Shown: positions 38,240 through 47,557 of the stretch, one piece after another
Layout of the letters: the number at the start of each line of letters is the position of its first letter
How positions within the stretch are numbered: position 1 is the stretch's first letter
Source of the DNA: Thermoplasmata archaeon
GTDB lineage: Archaea; Thermoplasmatota; Thermoplasmata; Lutacidiplasmatales; UBA184
DNA: 64,000 nucleotides
Reading direction: 5' to 3'
Assembly: GCA_021821785.1 (NCBI GenBank)
Contig: JAKACD010000005.1
Span: forward strand, 484 to 64,483
Notes under the pieces: model-generated
What the model was told of the DNA's origin: nothing
Databases searched by the model: none
What the model saw: the letters and a program-made list of their open reading frames with translations, nothing else
Translations under genes and position numbers: made by a program

Positions 38240-38515
38240 CGTGCCGACGGGATTCTTCCCCTCGATTATACGCGACCGGGGAGGTCATGAAACACGTCCG
38301 GTCCGGCCGTTCCTCGGGCGGCCCTCGAGGCGCCTCTTGCTCCGTGTGGTCTTCGTGCCTCAACACCCCCTGGATCGAATCCCCGCGCCTCGACCGGGCG
38401 CCGTAGCCCCACGCCCTCGCGAGGTACGGTCATCGCGCCGGGCTCGCCGCCGCATCGGACAGGTCTTAGGCCCGCTGGGAATGGCTGTCTCGGGTTAGAG
38501 AGGCGAGCATCGAAG

Positions 38516-38722
38516 ATGGACCCGAATTGCCCCGAATGTGGCCCGCCGATGGCGGCCGGTAGCCTCGGCTCCATGTCCTTCCTGGGCGGAGCCCAGTGGT
38601 ATGCGCATCGCTCTCTCCTCCCGCTGGACGGCGAGAAGATCTCCACCAAGCCGCCCGGCGGGATGATCTGACTCGACGGATTCCGTTGCCCGAACTGTCG
38701 CATCTTGGTACTCAAGCACTGA
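38516..38722 (+). pseudogene. Disrupted small zinc-ribbon protein (DUF6487-like)
   Basis: MDPNCP/xCGPPMAAG...GGMI*LDGFRCPNCRILVLKH: 1-nt frameshift near 38535 plus in-frame TGA at 38669-38671. Confidence 0.65.
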
Positions 38723-38878
38723 TCCCCTCCGACCCGGTCGTGGGCATGCCCACCTGCGGGTAGCCCCGAAGGAGAGGGGGCCTCCGTCCCCGGCGGGTCG
38801 ATGCCCGTTCTCTCGTTGGTACCGAAGGTCCGAAGGCAACGGGATTCCCTTATCTGCGGTCCGGGCCGGGTTGAGGGC

Positions 38879-39511
38879 ATGAACATCTTCGCCAGCTCCT
38901 CCTCCCCGGAGCGCTCGGCGCGGGCGCTCGACGACCGCCGGGTCCTCAAGATGGCGGTCGAGTCAGCCCAGCTGCTCTCGACGGCCATGCACCAGCGTGG
39001 CCTCGTCGCCCCCTACCGCCCAACCCATACGGCCCATCCCGCGGTAAAGTGGACCGGGACGTGCCAGGGCAACTTTCGCTGGGTCCTCCGCCACTTCGAC
39101 GCGCTCACGTCCGAATACACTCGACGCTTCGGCCGTCGCCACGCCTGCGCGCGCTGGTCGAGGACGTTCTGGGAAGCGCTCGACCAGATCCCGCCGGGCC
39201 GGCGGCAGACCTTCGTGAACCTCTCCGGCCACCCCCGAGTTGTGCCGGCCACGGAAGCCTACCGTCGGGGTCTCAGAGACAAATGGCGACTCTCGAAATA
39301 CCCACCCCGCTGGACCCGCGCCCGGCCGCCCCGCTGGACCCGCGCGACGCGGCACGTTCGTCGCGCCGTCAACTCGTCTTCCGTTTCTTCTCGTTCTCAA
39401 GGATCCGCTGGAGCTCCCGAACGTTCGTCCTCAGATACACAAGGTCGGAGTGGAACAGCGCGACCCCCTTCTTCAGGCGGGAGAACTCGCCCGAGAACTT
39501 CGGGGAAGTGA
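38879..39511 (+). CDS. Pyrimidine dimer DNA glycosylase / T4 endonuclease V-like family protein
   Basis: MNIF...LDDRRVLKMAVESAQLLST...YRPTHTAHPAVKW...EYTRRFGRRH; C-terminal tail overlaps the opposite ORF. Confidence 0.8.
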   Translation: MNIFASSSSPERSARALDDRRVLKMAVESAQLLSTAMHQRGLVAPYRPTHTAHPAVKWTGTCQGNFRWVLRHFDALTSEYTRRFGRRHACARWSRTFWEALDQIPPGRRQTFVNLSGHPRVVPATEAYRRGLRDKWRLSKYPPRWTRARPPRWTRATRHVRRAVNSSSVSSRSQGSAGAPERSSSDTQGRSGTARPPSSGGRTRPRTSGK

Positions 39512-39665
39512 GCAATCGTTCCAGCTCTCGGGCGTGCTTGCGTAGCGGATCGACTCGCAGGCGTACCCAGTCGGTGGGAGTGCGGAGCTTGGAGAACTCC
39601 CCGCGCAACCGTTCGATCGATTTCCTCAGTTCGGGGACCCCGCCCTTGTACACCCGATCCACCAT
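39369..39665 (-). CDS. Hypothetical basic helical protein
   Basis: 98-aa amphipathic helical ORF with protein-like composition. Confidence 0.6.
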   Translation of the reverse strand: MVDRVYKGGVPELRKSIERLRGEFSKLRTPTDWVRLRVDPLRKHARELERLLTSPKFSGEFSRLKKGVALFHSDLVYLRTNVRELQRILENEKKRKTS

Positions 39666-39783
39666 GCGCACCGTCAAACGGGCATGGGAGTCGACCTTTT
39701 CTACTTACGCGAAGCCGGCCCCCGCTCGGCGGGGACCCCGCTGAGAGATGGTGTGGTACCAAGGCCGAGGCGGTCCGGTGTTC

Positions 39784-40704
39784 CTATTCCCGTGCGGGTC
39801 CTGCGCGACGTGCCCGGGGCGCCCGAAAGGTCGCGCCCAGCCACACCACGGCGCCCACGATCAGGGCGCCGCCGAAGTACTGTGCGGGCGTCAGCACTAC
39901 GCCGAGGACAACGAATCCGGCAATCGCCGCGACGATCGGTTCCAGCGAACCGGCGAGCGCGGTCTCGGTGGCCCTCAGGTCCCGGAGCCCCCAGATATAC
40001 AGTGTGTAGGCGAGCAGGGTCCCTCCCACGACGACGAAGAGGATGAGCCCGACCAAGAGGCCGTCGTGGGCGATCGACGTGGGCCAAGAGTAGCGGCTGA
40101 GGCCCCACGCGCCCAGGGGTGCCGTGACGACCCCTCCGAGCAGGAACCCCCAGGTCGTCACCCACGGCGCGCTCTCGGCGTGGACGAACCGACGCGAGCC
40201 GAGCAAGTAGTAGGCGCCGCTCGCCGCCGAGAGGAGACCGAAGGCAAGACCCAGCGGAGTCACCGCCACGGAGATCCCGTGGACGGTGAACGTCCCCACC
40301 AACAGTACCGTACCCACCGTTACGAGGAAGAGCAGGGCCGCCCACTGAGCCGTCCATCGCAACGCGCCGGTCGCGAGCTCGAACACGGCCACGATCGGGA
40401 GCGTCAGGAACTGGAGGAGGGTCGCCGTGGTGACCCCCGTGTAGAAGATCGCTTCCAGATAGGTCGCCTGGGAACCGGCCAGGCCGAAAACCGCGAGGGA
40501 GGCGAAGGGGAGCGTCCACGGCCGCGGCCACTTCGGCCGGAGGACCACGAAGAGGAGGAGCGAGGCGCCCAGCATCCGGATCGTGACAAGTCCCCATACC
40601 GGGAATCCCGACCCCTCAAAGATCACCTGAGCCGCGGTGCCCGAGAGTCCCCAGAGCGAAGAACCGGTGACCGCCGCGAGGAACCCGGCCCGCGACGCTT
40701 TCAC
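39784..40704 (-). CDS. EamA/DMT family transporter
   Basis: LWGLSGTAAQ, TATLLQFLTLP and SLEPIVAA motifs; 10 TM. Confidence 0.88.
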   Translation of the reverse strand: MKASRAGFLAAVTGSSLWGLSGTAAQVIFEGSGFPVWGLVTIRMLGASLLLFVVLRPKWPRPWTLPFASLAVFGLAGSQATYLEAIFYTGVTTATLLQFLTLPIVAVFELATGALRWTAQWAALLFLVTVGTVLLVGTFTVHGISVAVTPLGLAFGLLSAASGAYYLLGSRRFVHAESAPWVTTWGFLLGGVVTAPLGAWGLSRYSWPTSIAHDGLLVGLILFVVVGGTLLAYTLYIWGLRDLRATETALAGSLEPIVAAIAGFVVLGVVLTPAQYFGGALIVGAVVWLGATFRAPRARRAGPARE

Positions 40705-40959
40705 ACCCCTATCGGGCCGTCCGGCCTTATCACGGTATTTCCGGGGGAAGGTCCGGCCTTCCGATGGGGTCGGTCGCATCCCGCCCGCGAGCCGCCTCGC
40801 TGGGCAACGTGGTTTCCTCGGCGTCTCCAAGCCCTTATATGCTAACTTTCCGACACCTGATATCGAAATGAAAGCGAATGCGGCACTCGCCCGTACCGAG
40901 GGCACGAGACCGAAGCGCGTGACGAACGAACTCCCCGATGCCCCGGGGGCGACGACCCA

Positions 40960-41529
40960 ATGATCCGCGTCGGTATCATCCTCGGTAGCACCCGGCCCGG
41001 CCGCCTCGGCGAGGCCGTGGCCCACTGGGTCTACGAACACGCCAAGACCCGCACGGACGCGGAGTTCGAGATCGTCGACCTCAAGGACTATCACCTTTCC
41101 CTGCTCGACGAGCCGATCCCCGCCTCCGCCGGCCAGTATTCCCAGGAGCACACCAAGACCTGGGCGAAGAAGATCGCCTCGCTCGATGCGTTCGTGTTCG
41201 TCACTCCGGAGTACAACCACAGCACTTCGGGCGCGCTCAAGAACGCGATCGACTTCGTGTACGCGGAGTGGAACAACAAGGCGGCCGGCTTCGTTAGCTA
41301 CGGGAGCGCGGGCGGGGTCCGCGCGGTGGAGCATCTTCGCCTGATCATGGCCGAGGTCCAGGTCGCGGACGTGCGGGCCCAGGTAGCGTTCTCTCTCTTC
41401 ACGGAGTTCGAGAACTACCGCACGTTCCGGCCCGACCCGTCGAAGGTCCAGTCGCTCACCACGATGCTGGACCAGCTGGTCGCCTGGGGCACCGCGCTGA
41501 AGACGGTGCGAGCCGCGAAGGCGCACTAG
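40960..41529 (+). CDS. NADPH-dependent FMN reductase
   Basis: GSTRPGRLG, FVTPEYNHS, LKNAIDF, KAAGFVSYG, GGVRAVEHLR. Confidence 0.93.
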   Translation: MIRVGIILGSTRPGRLGEAVAHWVYEHAKTRTDAEFEIVDLKDYHLSLLDEPIPASAGQYSQEHTKTWAKKIASLDAFVFVTPEYNHSTSGALKNAIDFVYAEWNNKAAGFVSYGSAGGVRAVEHLRLIMAEVQVADVRAQVAFSLFTEFENYRTFRPDPSKVQSLTTMLDQLVAWGTALKTVRAAKAH

Positions 41530-41671
41530 GTCGCTCTCGACCCAGCCGCGCCCCGCCTGAACCTCTTCCGCCTTCTCCCTCGCGCGACGGACAGGTTGGT
41601 CCGCACGGGGCTCTCATCGAGCGCGCTTGGGGGAAGAGCCGTTATCTCTGCGGGAGCCAGTGGTAAAGCCG

Positions 41672-42445
41672 ATGGAGTCGAAGAGGCGCCCCGCGCCGAA
41701 GCGACCTCCGCGGTCGACCGGTAAGGCCCGCGGGAAGGGGACGGAGCTCTCCCCCGCCGAAGCCTCGCCGGGACTCCCGGAACTTCCGCTCATGGAGATC
41801 GATGTCGACGCCGGCCCCTCCACCCACTGGATCCGTGAGGTGATCGACCGCTGGCACCTTCGGGTCCGCATCGACGTCTGCCGGTCCACGGGCGCGGACG
41901 GCTCCTCGCTCCTGCAGGTCGTCGAGCTCATGGGCAACCCGGGCGATCTCGGCGCCGCGGAACGATTCCTCCGCCACCGTGGCGACATCCAGTCGCTCAC
42001 GGTCATGTCGCCCTCTCCGTCCCGCCGCTTCGTGCGTGCGGTGATGGCGTTGCCCGACGCCTGCCGACGCGTATTCGAGGTCGGGGCGATCTGCGGCAAC
42101 TGCAAGTTCGCGCCGACGTCGCGGCCGAACAGCCCGGCCGCGCGATGGACCCTGGTCGTCCCCCGTACGCCCGACTCGCTGCGCGCGGTGGCGCGCGCCC
42201 AGTCGGGCCCGAGCAGCCCTCCGGCGCCGATCCTTCGGATGCGGCGTTTCGTACCTCCCCGGACCCTCACCCCCCGGCAGACGGCCGCGCTCGAGACCGC
42301 GTATCGTCTCGGCTTCTACGCGTTCCCCCGCCGTTCGAACCTCCGGGAGATCTCTCGTATTCTCGGAGTGAGCCGATCCACGACCGCCGAGCTCCTGCGT
42401 CGGGCCGAGGGCAAGATGCTCGCCCAGCAGATCGGCGAGACCTGA
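41672..42445 (+). CDS. HTH_10 transcriptional regulator, paralogue of 15672-16457
   Basis: LTPRQTAALETAYRLGFYAFPRRSNLREISRILGVSRSTTAELLRRAEGK; shared Cys pattern. Confidence 0.85.
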   Translation: MESKRRPAPKRPPRSTGKARGKGTELSPAEASPGLPELPLMEIDVDAGPSTHWIREVIDRWHLRVRIDVCRSTGADGSSLLQVVELMGNPGDLGAAERFLRHRGDIQSLTVMSPSPSRRFVRAVMALPDACRRVFEVGAICGNCKFAPTSRPNSPAARWTLVVPRTPDSLRAVARAQSGPSSPPAPILRMRRFVPPRTLTPRQTAALETAYRLGFYAFPRRSNLREISRILGVSRSTTAELLRRAEGKMLAQQIGET

Positions 42446-42493
42446 CACTCCTGGGCCGCCGCGCTGCGACATCGCGCCGGTCGTGAACGGGGG

Positions 42494-43279
42494 CTAGCGG
42501 CTCCGTCGCTTCGACTTCTTCGCGAAGCCGCTCACCGCGGCCCGATTCTCGTCGCTCCCCCGAAGGGGCTCCGCGAGATCCTGCTCGAGCTGTAGCCCAT
42601 CGACGAGCGCCAGATCGAGACCTCGGCGGATCGACTCCCGCGCGTGGCGAACCGCCCGGGGCGGATGTGTGGCGATCCGGGTCGCAACCGCGAACGCCTC
42701 GGACCTCAGACGGTCGAGGGGCACGATCCGGTTGATGAGCCCGATCTCGTAGGCCCGCGCGGCGGGGATCGGCTCTCCGGTCAGGATCATCTCGAGGGCG
42801 AGGTTCGGCGCGATCGCTCGGGGCAGCCGCTGCGTGCCGCCCTGACCGGGGATGATGCCCCACCGGACCTCGGGGAGACCGAAGATCGCGTTCGGACTGG
42901 CCAGGCGTACATCGCATGCGAGGGCGAGCTCGAGTCCAAGACCGAGACAGTAGCCGTTGATCGCCGCGACGACCGGCTTACCTGTGTCGAGATTGCGGGT
43001 AAGGCCCCCGATGCCCGGCTCGCGGGCCCAGCGCGCCCGCCGCTCGCCCGGCTGGGATTCCGCGTAGAACTCCGAAAGGTGCTTGAGGTCGATCCCGGCC
43101 GAGAAGGCCCGGTCGCCCGCCCCGGTGAGGAGGCCCACCCGCAGCCGGTCATCCTCCCGGAGCCGCTTCCAGGCTGCGAGCAGCTGCGCGTGCGAGGCGG
43201 GGTCGATCGCGTTGAGCGCCTCGGGACGGTCGAGTGTGATGGTCAGTACCGGTCCTCGCGCGCGTACTCGCACCGGCAC
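42494..43279 (-). CDS. Enoyl-CoA hydratase/isomerase family protein
   Basis: LDRPEALNAI, AFSAGIDL, AAINGYCLGLGLELALACD, FGLPEVRWG. Confidence 0.9.
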   Translation of the reverse strand: MPVRVRARGPVLTITLDRPEALNAIDPASHAQLLAAWKRLREDDRLRVGLLTGAGDRAFSAGIDLKHLSEFYAESQPGERRARWAREPGIGGLTRNLDTGKPVVAAINGYCLGLGLELALACDVRLASPNAIFGLPEVRWGIIPGQGGTQRLPRAIAPNLALEMILTGEPIPAARAYEIGLINRIVPLDRLRSEAFAVATRIATHPPRAVRHARESIRRGLDLALVDGLQLEQDLAEPLRGSDENRAAVSGFAKKSKRRSR

Positions 43280-43522
43280 GGGGCTCGCGAGCGGCCCGGG
43301 GTTCTTGTGATTATCCCCGTGTCCGGTCCCGGGTCTCGAGCCCAGGGGCCCGAACGACCCGGTCAGGGGAGGGTCCACCCGCACCGGTCAGGCCGGGACT
43401 AGAAAATAATCCGGCGCTGGCGCGCCCCGACTTTCGGCGCCTCGGGGAGGGCTCACGGGAATCCCTTACAGGTACGGGGGAATGGACTTCGCGGCTCTTC
43501 CTGATAGCGCCGCGAGGGAGTC

Positions 43523-44635
43523 TTGTCGGCGCGCACCCGTCCCACCGCGGTCCGAGAGTCGGAGGACGAGGCAGCGGCCGACCCAATCACCCCGCTCGAG
43601 CCGGAGTCCGCCACGTTCCACGACGTTCTCCTCGAGCGGTCCGGGGGCATCGCCCGCATCACGCTGAACCGGCCGGAGGCGTACAACGCCTACAGCACAC
43701 GCACACTCCGCGAGCTCGCCCGAGCGACGTGGGAAGCGGCGGTCGACGACCACGTCGGGGTCATCGTCCTTACCGGGGCCGGGACCCGCGCCTTCTGCAC
43801 CGGCGGCGACGTGAAGGAGTATGCCCGTCGGTTCCTCAAGCGACCGCACGACTACTGGAAGTACATGGCCGTCTTCCGAGAGGCGGTCGAAGCGCTCCTG
43901 CGGTGCGGGAAGCCCGTGATCGCGCGCCTCAACGGGATGGCCGTTGGGGGCGGCAACGAACTCCACCTCGCCTGCGACATGTCCGTGGCCGCGTCCCACA
44001 TCTACATCGGCCAAGTCGGGGTCGGCGTCGGCTCGGTCGCTGCCGGCGGGGCGACCCAGTGGCTTCCGCTCGTCGTCGGGGACCGCAGGGCCCGCCAGAT
44101 GCTGTTCCTGAACGAGCGGATCCCCGCCGCCCGCGCGGAGGAGTGGGGGCTCGTGACCGCCACGGCACCCTCGGTCGTTCGAAACGGAGAGTGGGTGGCC
44201 TCCCCGACTGCGGAGGAGATCGGCTGGGCCCAGAAGGAGGAGCGAGGGTATCGCATCGACCTTCGGAAGCTCGACGATGCCGTCGACGGCCTCGCGAAGC
44301 GCCTTCTCGGAATGTTCCCCGAGTGCCTCCGGTACACGAAGGCCCAGACCAATTACTGGAAGGAGCTCGTCTGGAACCAGACGGTCCCGCATGCCCAGGA
44401 GTGGCTCGCGCTCCACTTCGCCACCGCCGAGCCGTTCGAAGGGATGCACGCGTTCGTCGACAAGCGGCCGGCCCGGGTCGCTGAGCTCCGCCAGCGGATC
44501 GCCAAGGACGGCAGCGGCGACTACCTCCACGGCAGTCCATCGCGATCGTGCGGCAGCTGCGGCGAGACCGGGCTCGCCGAGCAGTTCCGGTACTGCGGCC
44601 GCTGCGGTTCTCCGTTGGCCCCCGAGGGCGGCTAA
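43523..44635 (+). CDS. oah: 6-oxocyclohex-1-ene-1-carbonyl-CoA hydrolase (Oah/BamA-like) with C-terminal zinc ribbon
   Basis: Crotonase fold with YNAYST, AFCTGGDVKEYA, GSVAAGGATQWLP, FPECLRYTK...YWK, EWLALH; operon context. Confidence 0.82.
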   Translation: MSARTRPTAVRESEDEAAADPITPLEPESATFHDVLLERSGGIARITLNRPEAYNAYSTRTLRELARATWEAAVDDHVGVIVLTGAGTRAFCTGGDVKEYARRFLKRPHDYWKYMAVFREAVEALLRCGKPVIARLNGMAVGGGNELHLACDMSVAASHIYIGQVGVGVGSVAAGGATQWLPLVVGDRRARQMLFLNERIPAARAEEWGLVTATAPSVVRNGEWVASPTAEEIGWAQKEERGYRIDLRKLDDAVDGLAKRLLGMFPECLRYTKAQTNYWKELVWNQTVPHAQEWLALHFATAEPFEGMHAFVDKRPARVAELRQRIAKDGSGDYLHGSPSRSCGSCGETGLAEQFRYCGRCGSPLAPEGG

Positions 44636-44676
44636 CGGCGTCGGGCCGGTAGGGGTCGGAAGGAGGTCTTGGGTCG

Positions 44677-45954
44677 ATGGCAGCAGCGAAACCCGAGCCC
44701 GCATTCCTCACGACCGCGCGCGACCGCCAGCGCGAGATGGTGGAGCAGTACTACTCGGATCTCGCGAGCGCCGGCGGTCCGAAGCGGCCCGTCGCGTACA
44801 TGCTCGTGGGCGGGAACCTCACCGAGATCGTACGGTCGTTCGGCTTCGAGGTCGTCTTCCCGGAGATCGTCGCGCTGAACTGCGCGATCAAGCACGTTTC
44901 GCTCCCCAACATCCTGCATGCCGAATCCCAGGGGTACGGGCTCGACGTCTGCGGCTATGTGAAGAACGACCTCGGGCTCCAGGAGCTCGGGGGCCAGACC
45001 CCGTTCGGCCGGATCCCGCCGCCCGACCTGCTCGTCTGTAGCTTCTCGGGCTGCTATGTCTACGTGAAGTGGTGGGAGGCGCTCGCCGAGAAGTACGGCT
45101 GTCCCCTGTTCATGCTGGACGTCCCGTACATGCGGGACGCCGAGCCCCAGGCCGAGGACATCCAGTACCTCGTCACCCAGCTGAACGAGTTCATCGCGCT
45201 CCTCGAGAAGATCACGGGCCGTTCGTTCGACCTGGCCGAGCTGCGCAAGACCCTCGCGCGCTCCCGGAAGGCCGAACAGGGGTGGGTCGACTACCTCGCC
45301 TCCGGTAAGCATCGACCGTCGCCGATCGAGGCGTACTTCGAGGCGGTGTTCTACATGTTCCCGATCAACGTCCTGCGCGGGACCGACGTCGCGGCCGACT
45401 TCTACGCCACGGTGAACGAGGAGGTGCGGGCGCGGATCGCGGAGGGGCACTACCCCGTCCCGGAAGAGAAGTTCCGTCTCGTCGTCGAGGGGGTGCCCCC
45501 GTACCCGAGCTACCGGACCTTCTGGGACTTCTTCCGCAAGTGGGGGGCGGTCTCGGTCGCCGCTACCTACCCGAAGGTGGGGGGACTGTTCGACCGGGGC
45601 TTCCTGCACGACCCGGCGCGGCCGCTCGAAAGCATCGCCGAGTACTCCCTCGGCGCCTACGTCAACCAGTCCTGGCCGCTACGTCGCCAGATCATCGGGG
45701 AGTACATCCGCGACTTCGAGGCCGATGCCGTGCTCATTCACGGGATCAAGTCGTGCCGATCGTTCACGGCCGGTCAGGGCGACCTGCGTGACCGGCTGAT
45801 CCACGACCACGGGATCCCCACCCTGTACATCGAGTCGGACCACGAGGACCCCCGCTACTTCGCCCCGGCGCAGATCAAGAACCGGATGGACGCGTTCTTC
45901 GAGTCGCTCGACCGACGCCGCGGGTCCGTCCCGCTCCCGGTGGTGAACGCATGA
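44677..45954 (+). CDS. bcrB: Class I benzoyl-CoA reductase subunit B
   Basis: GNLTE...PEIVAL, DVCGYVKND, PDLLV..FSGC...KWWE, YPKVGGLFD, IHGIKSCRSF, DPRYF..AQIKNRMDAFFE. Confidence 0.85.
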   Translation: MAAAKPEPAFLTTARDRQREMVEQYYSDLASAGGPKRPVAYMLVGGNLTEIVRSFGFEVVFPEIVALNCAIKHVSLPNILHAESQGYGLDVCGYVKNDLGLQELGGQTPFGRIPPPDLLVCSFSGCYVYVKWWEALAEKYGCPLFMLDVPYMRDAEPQAEDIQYLVTQLNEFIALLEKITGRSFDLAELRKTLARSRKAEQGWVDYLASGKHRPSPIEAYFEAVFYMFPINVLRGTDVAADFYATVNEEVRARIAEGHYPVPEEKFRLVVEGVPPYPSYRTFWDFFRKWGAVSVAATYPKVGGLFDRGFLHDPARPLESIAEYSLGAYVNQSWPLRRQIIGEYIRDFEADAVLIHGIKSCRSFTAGQGDLRDRLIHDHGIPTLYIESDHEDPRYFAPAQIKNRMDAFFESLDRRRGSVPLPVVNA

Positions 45955-46739
45955 CGCTGGTCGCCGGGGTCGACATCGGCTCGACGACGGCGAAGTGCGC
46001 CCTCCTCGAGGCCGGCGAGGTCGTGGGAAAGTCGCTCGCCCCTGTCGGCGTCGAGCTCGTCAAGGACGCGGAGCGGGCCCTCGAGCAGGCGCTCGCCGAA
46101 GCCGGTCGCGAGCGGCGCGAGGTGGCGGTGGTGACCGGGACCGGCTACGGCCGCTTCAAGGTGAAGTTCGGGCAGTTTGCGGTGACGGAGATCGGGTGCC
46201 ACGCGAAGGGGGCCCACTACCTGTTCCCGGCCACCCACCTGGTGCTCGACATCGGGGGCCAGGACACGAAGGCGATCAAGGTCGACGCGCAGGGCGAGGT
46301 GGTCGACTTCGCGATGAACGACAAGTGCGCGGCGGGAACGGGGCGGTTCCTCGACGTCTGCGCCGCGGCGCTCGGCTACGACGTGAGCGAGATCGGGACC
46401 CTCTCGCAGGGCGCGCGTCGCCCGGTGAAGGTCACGAACACCTGCACGGTGTTCGCCGAGTCGGAGGTCACCTCCTACGTGGCCCGCGGCAAGGACCCGC
46501 GCGACATCCTGGCGGGGCTCTACGCGGGGATCGTCAGCCGATCGCTCTCGCTGATGCAGCGGGTCGGGGTCGAGCCCGAGGTCACCTTCACCGGCGGGGT
46601 CTCGAAGAACGAGGGGATGGTGCGGACCCTCGAGCAGCGGCTCGGCTTCAAGGTGAACGTGAGTCCGCTCTCCCAGTACGTCGGGGCGATCGGAGCGGCC
46701 CTCTACGGGCTCGAGCGCACGGAGGGCACCAGCGCATGA
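45951..46739 (+). CDS. Benzoyl-CoA reductase ATP-binding activase subunit (BcrA/BcrD family)
   Basis: GVDIGSTTAK, TGYGR, DIGGQDTK, MNDKCAAGTGRF, TCTVFAESEV. Confidence 0.88.
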   Translation: MTLVAGVDIGSTTAKCALLEAGEVVGKSLAPVGVELVKDAERALEQALAEAGRERREVAVVTGTGYGRFKVKFGQFAVTEIGCHAKGAHYLFPATHLVLDIGGQDTKAIKVDAQGEVVDFAMNDKCAAGTGRFLDVCAAALGYDVSEIGTLSQGARRPVKVTNTCTVFAESEVTSYVARGKDPRDILAGLYAGIVSRSLSLMQRVGVEPEVTFTGGVSKNEGMVRTLEQRLGFKVNVSPLSQYVGAIGAALYGLERTEGTSA

Positions 46740-47554
46740 TCACCTGCGGGCTCGACCTCGGCGCGGGGACGACGAAGGGGGTCCTCCTCGAGGACGGCCG
46801 CACCCTCCTGACGTCCGGCCTCGTCCCGACCCGTGGCAACCCGGTCGAGGCGGGGCGCACGGTCCTCGAACGGATGGTCGAGGACATCAACCTCCTTCCC
46901 GACGAGGTCGACTACCTCTGCACGACCGGGGGGGCGCGGTACACGTACCCCGACCGGCACCTCCAGGTGAGCGACATCACCGCCTCGGGCCGAGGCGCGG
47001 TCTTCCTCTTCCCGAACACCCGGCACGTGGTGGACATCGGCAACCAGTCGTCCCGCGCGATGTCGGTCACCGAGACCGGGCGGGTCGTTCGGTTCAAGAT
47101 GAACGAGAAGTGCGCCGCGGGGGCGGGGCGCTTCGTGGACCGCTGCGCGAAGTACCTCCAGGTCCCGCTCGACGAGATGGCGCCGAAGGCGCTCACCGCC
47201 GCCCACCCGAAGACGATCTCGAGCGTCTGCGCGGTGCTCGCCGAGACGGAGATCATCAACAACGTGGCCGAGGAGGTCCCGTTGCCGGACATCCTGATGG
47301 GGGTCTTCCTCTCCCTGGCCCAGCGCGCCTACATCCTGATGCGCAATGTCGGGATCCAGCCTGAGGTCTCGCTCGTGGGCGGCCTCGTGCAGAGCGAGGC
47401 GATGGTGCGGGCTCTCGAGCAGACCGCCCACGTTACGATCAACGCCGATCGTCGAGCGCAGCACGCCGCGGCGATCGGGGCGGCGATGCTCGGCTACGCC
47501 CGGCTCCAGAAGCTCGGCACCCGACCGACCCCGTTACCGGCGGCGGTGGCGTAG
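46736..47554 (+). CDS. Second benzoyl-CoA reductase activase subunit (BcrD-like)
   Basis: MITCGLDLGAGTTK, TTGG, MNEKCAAGAGRF, SSVCAVLAETEIIN; ATGA overlap with the previous gene. Confidence 0.85.
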   Translation: MITCGLDLGAGTTKGVLLEDGRTLLTSGLVPTRGNPVEAGRTVLERMVEDINLLPDEVDYLCTTGGARYTYPDRHLQVSDITASGRGAVFLFPNTRHVVDIGNQSSRAMSVTETGRVVRFKMNEKCAAGAGRFVDRCAKYLQVPLDEMAPKALTAAHPKTISSVCAVLAETEIINNVAEEVPLPDILMGVFLSLAQRAYILMRNVGIQPEVSLVGGLVQSEAMVRALEQTAHVTINADRRAQHAAAIGAAMLGYARLQKLGTRPTPLPAAVA

Positions 47555-47557
47555 CCG

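Noticed and set aside
38669-38671. Selenocysteine or Trp recoding of an in-frame TGA
   Set aside because: The same gene also has a frameshift, the position is not a Cys ligand, and TGA is a normal stop throughout the window
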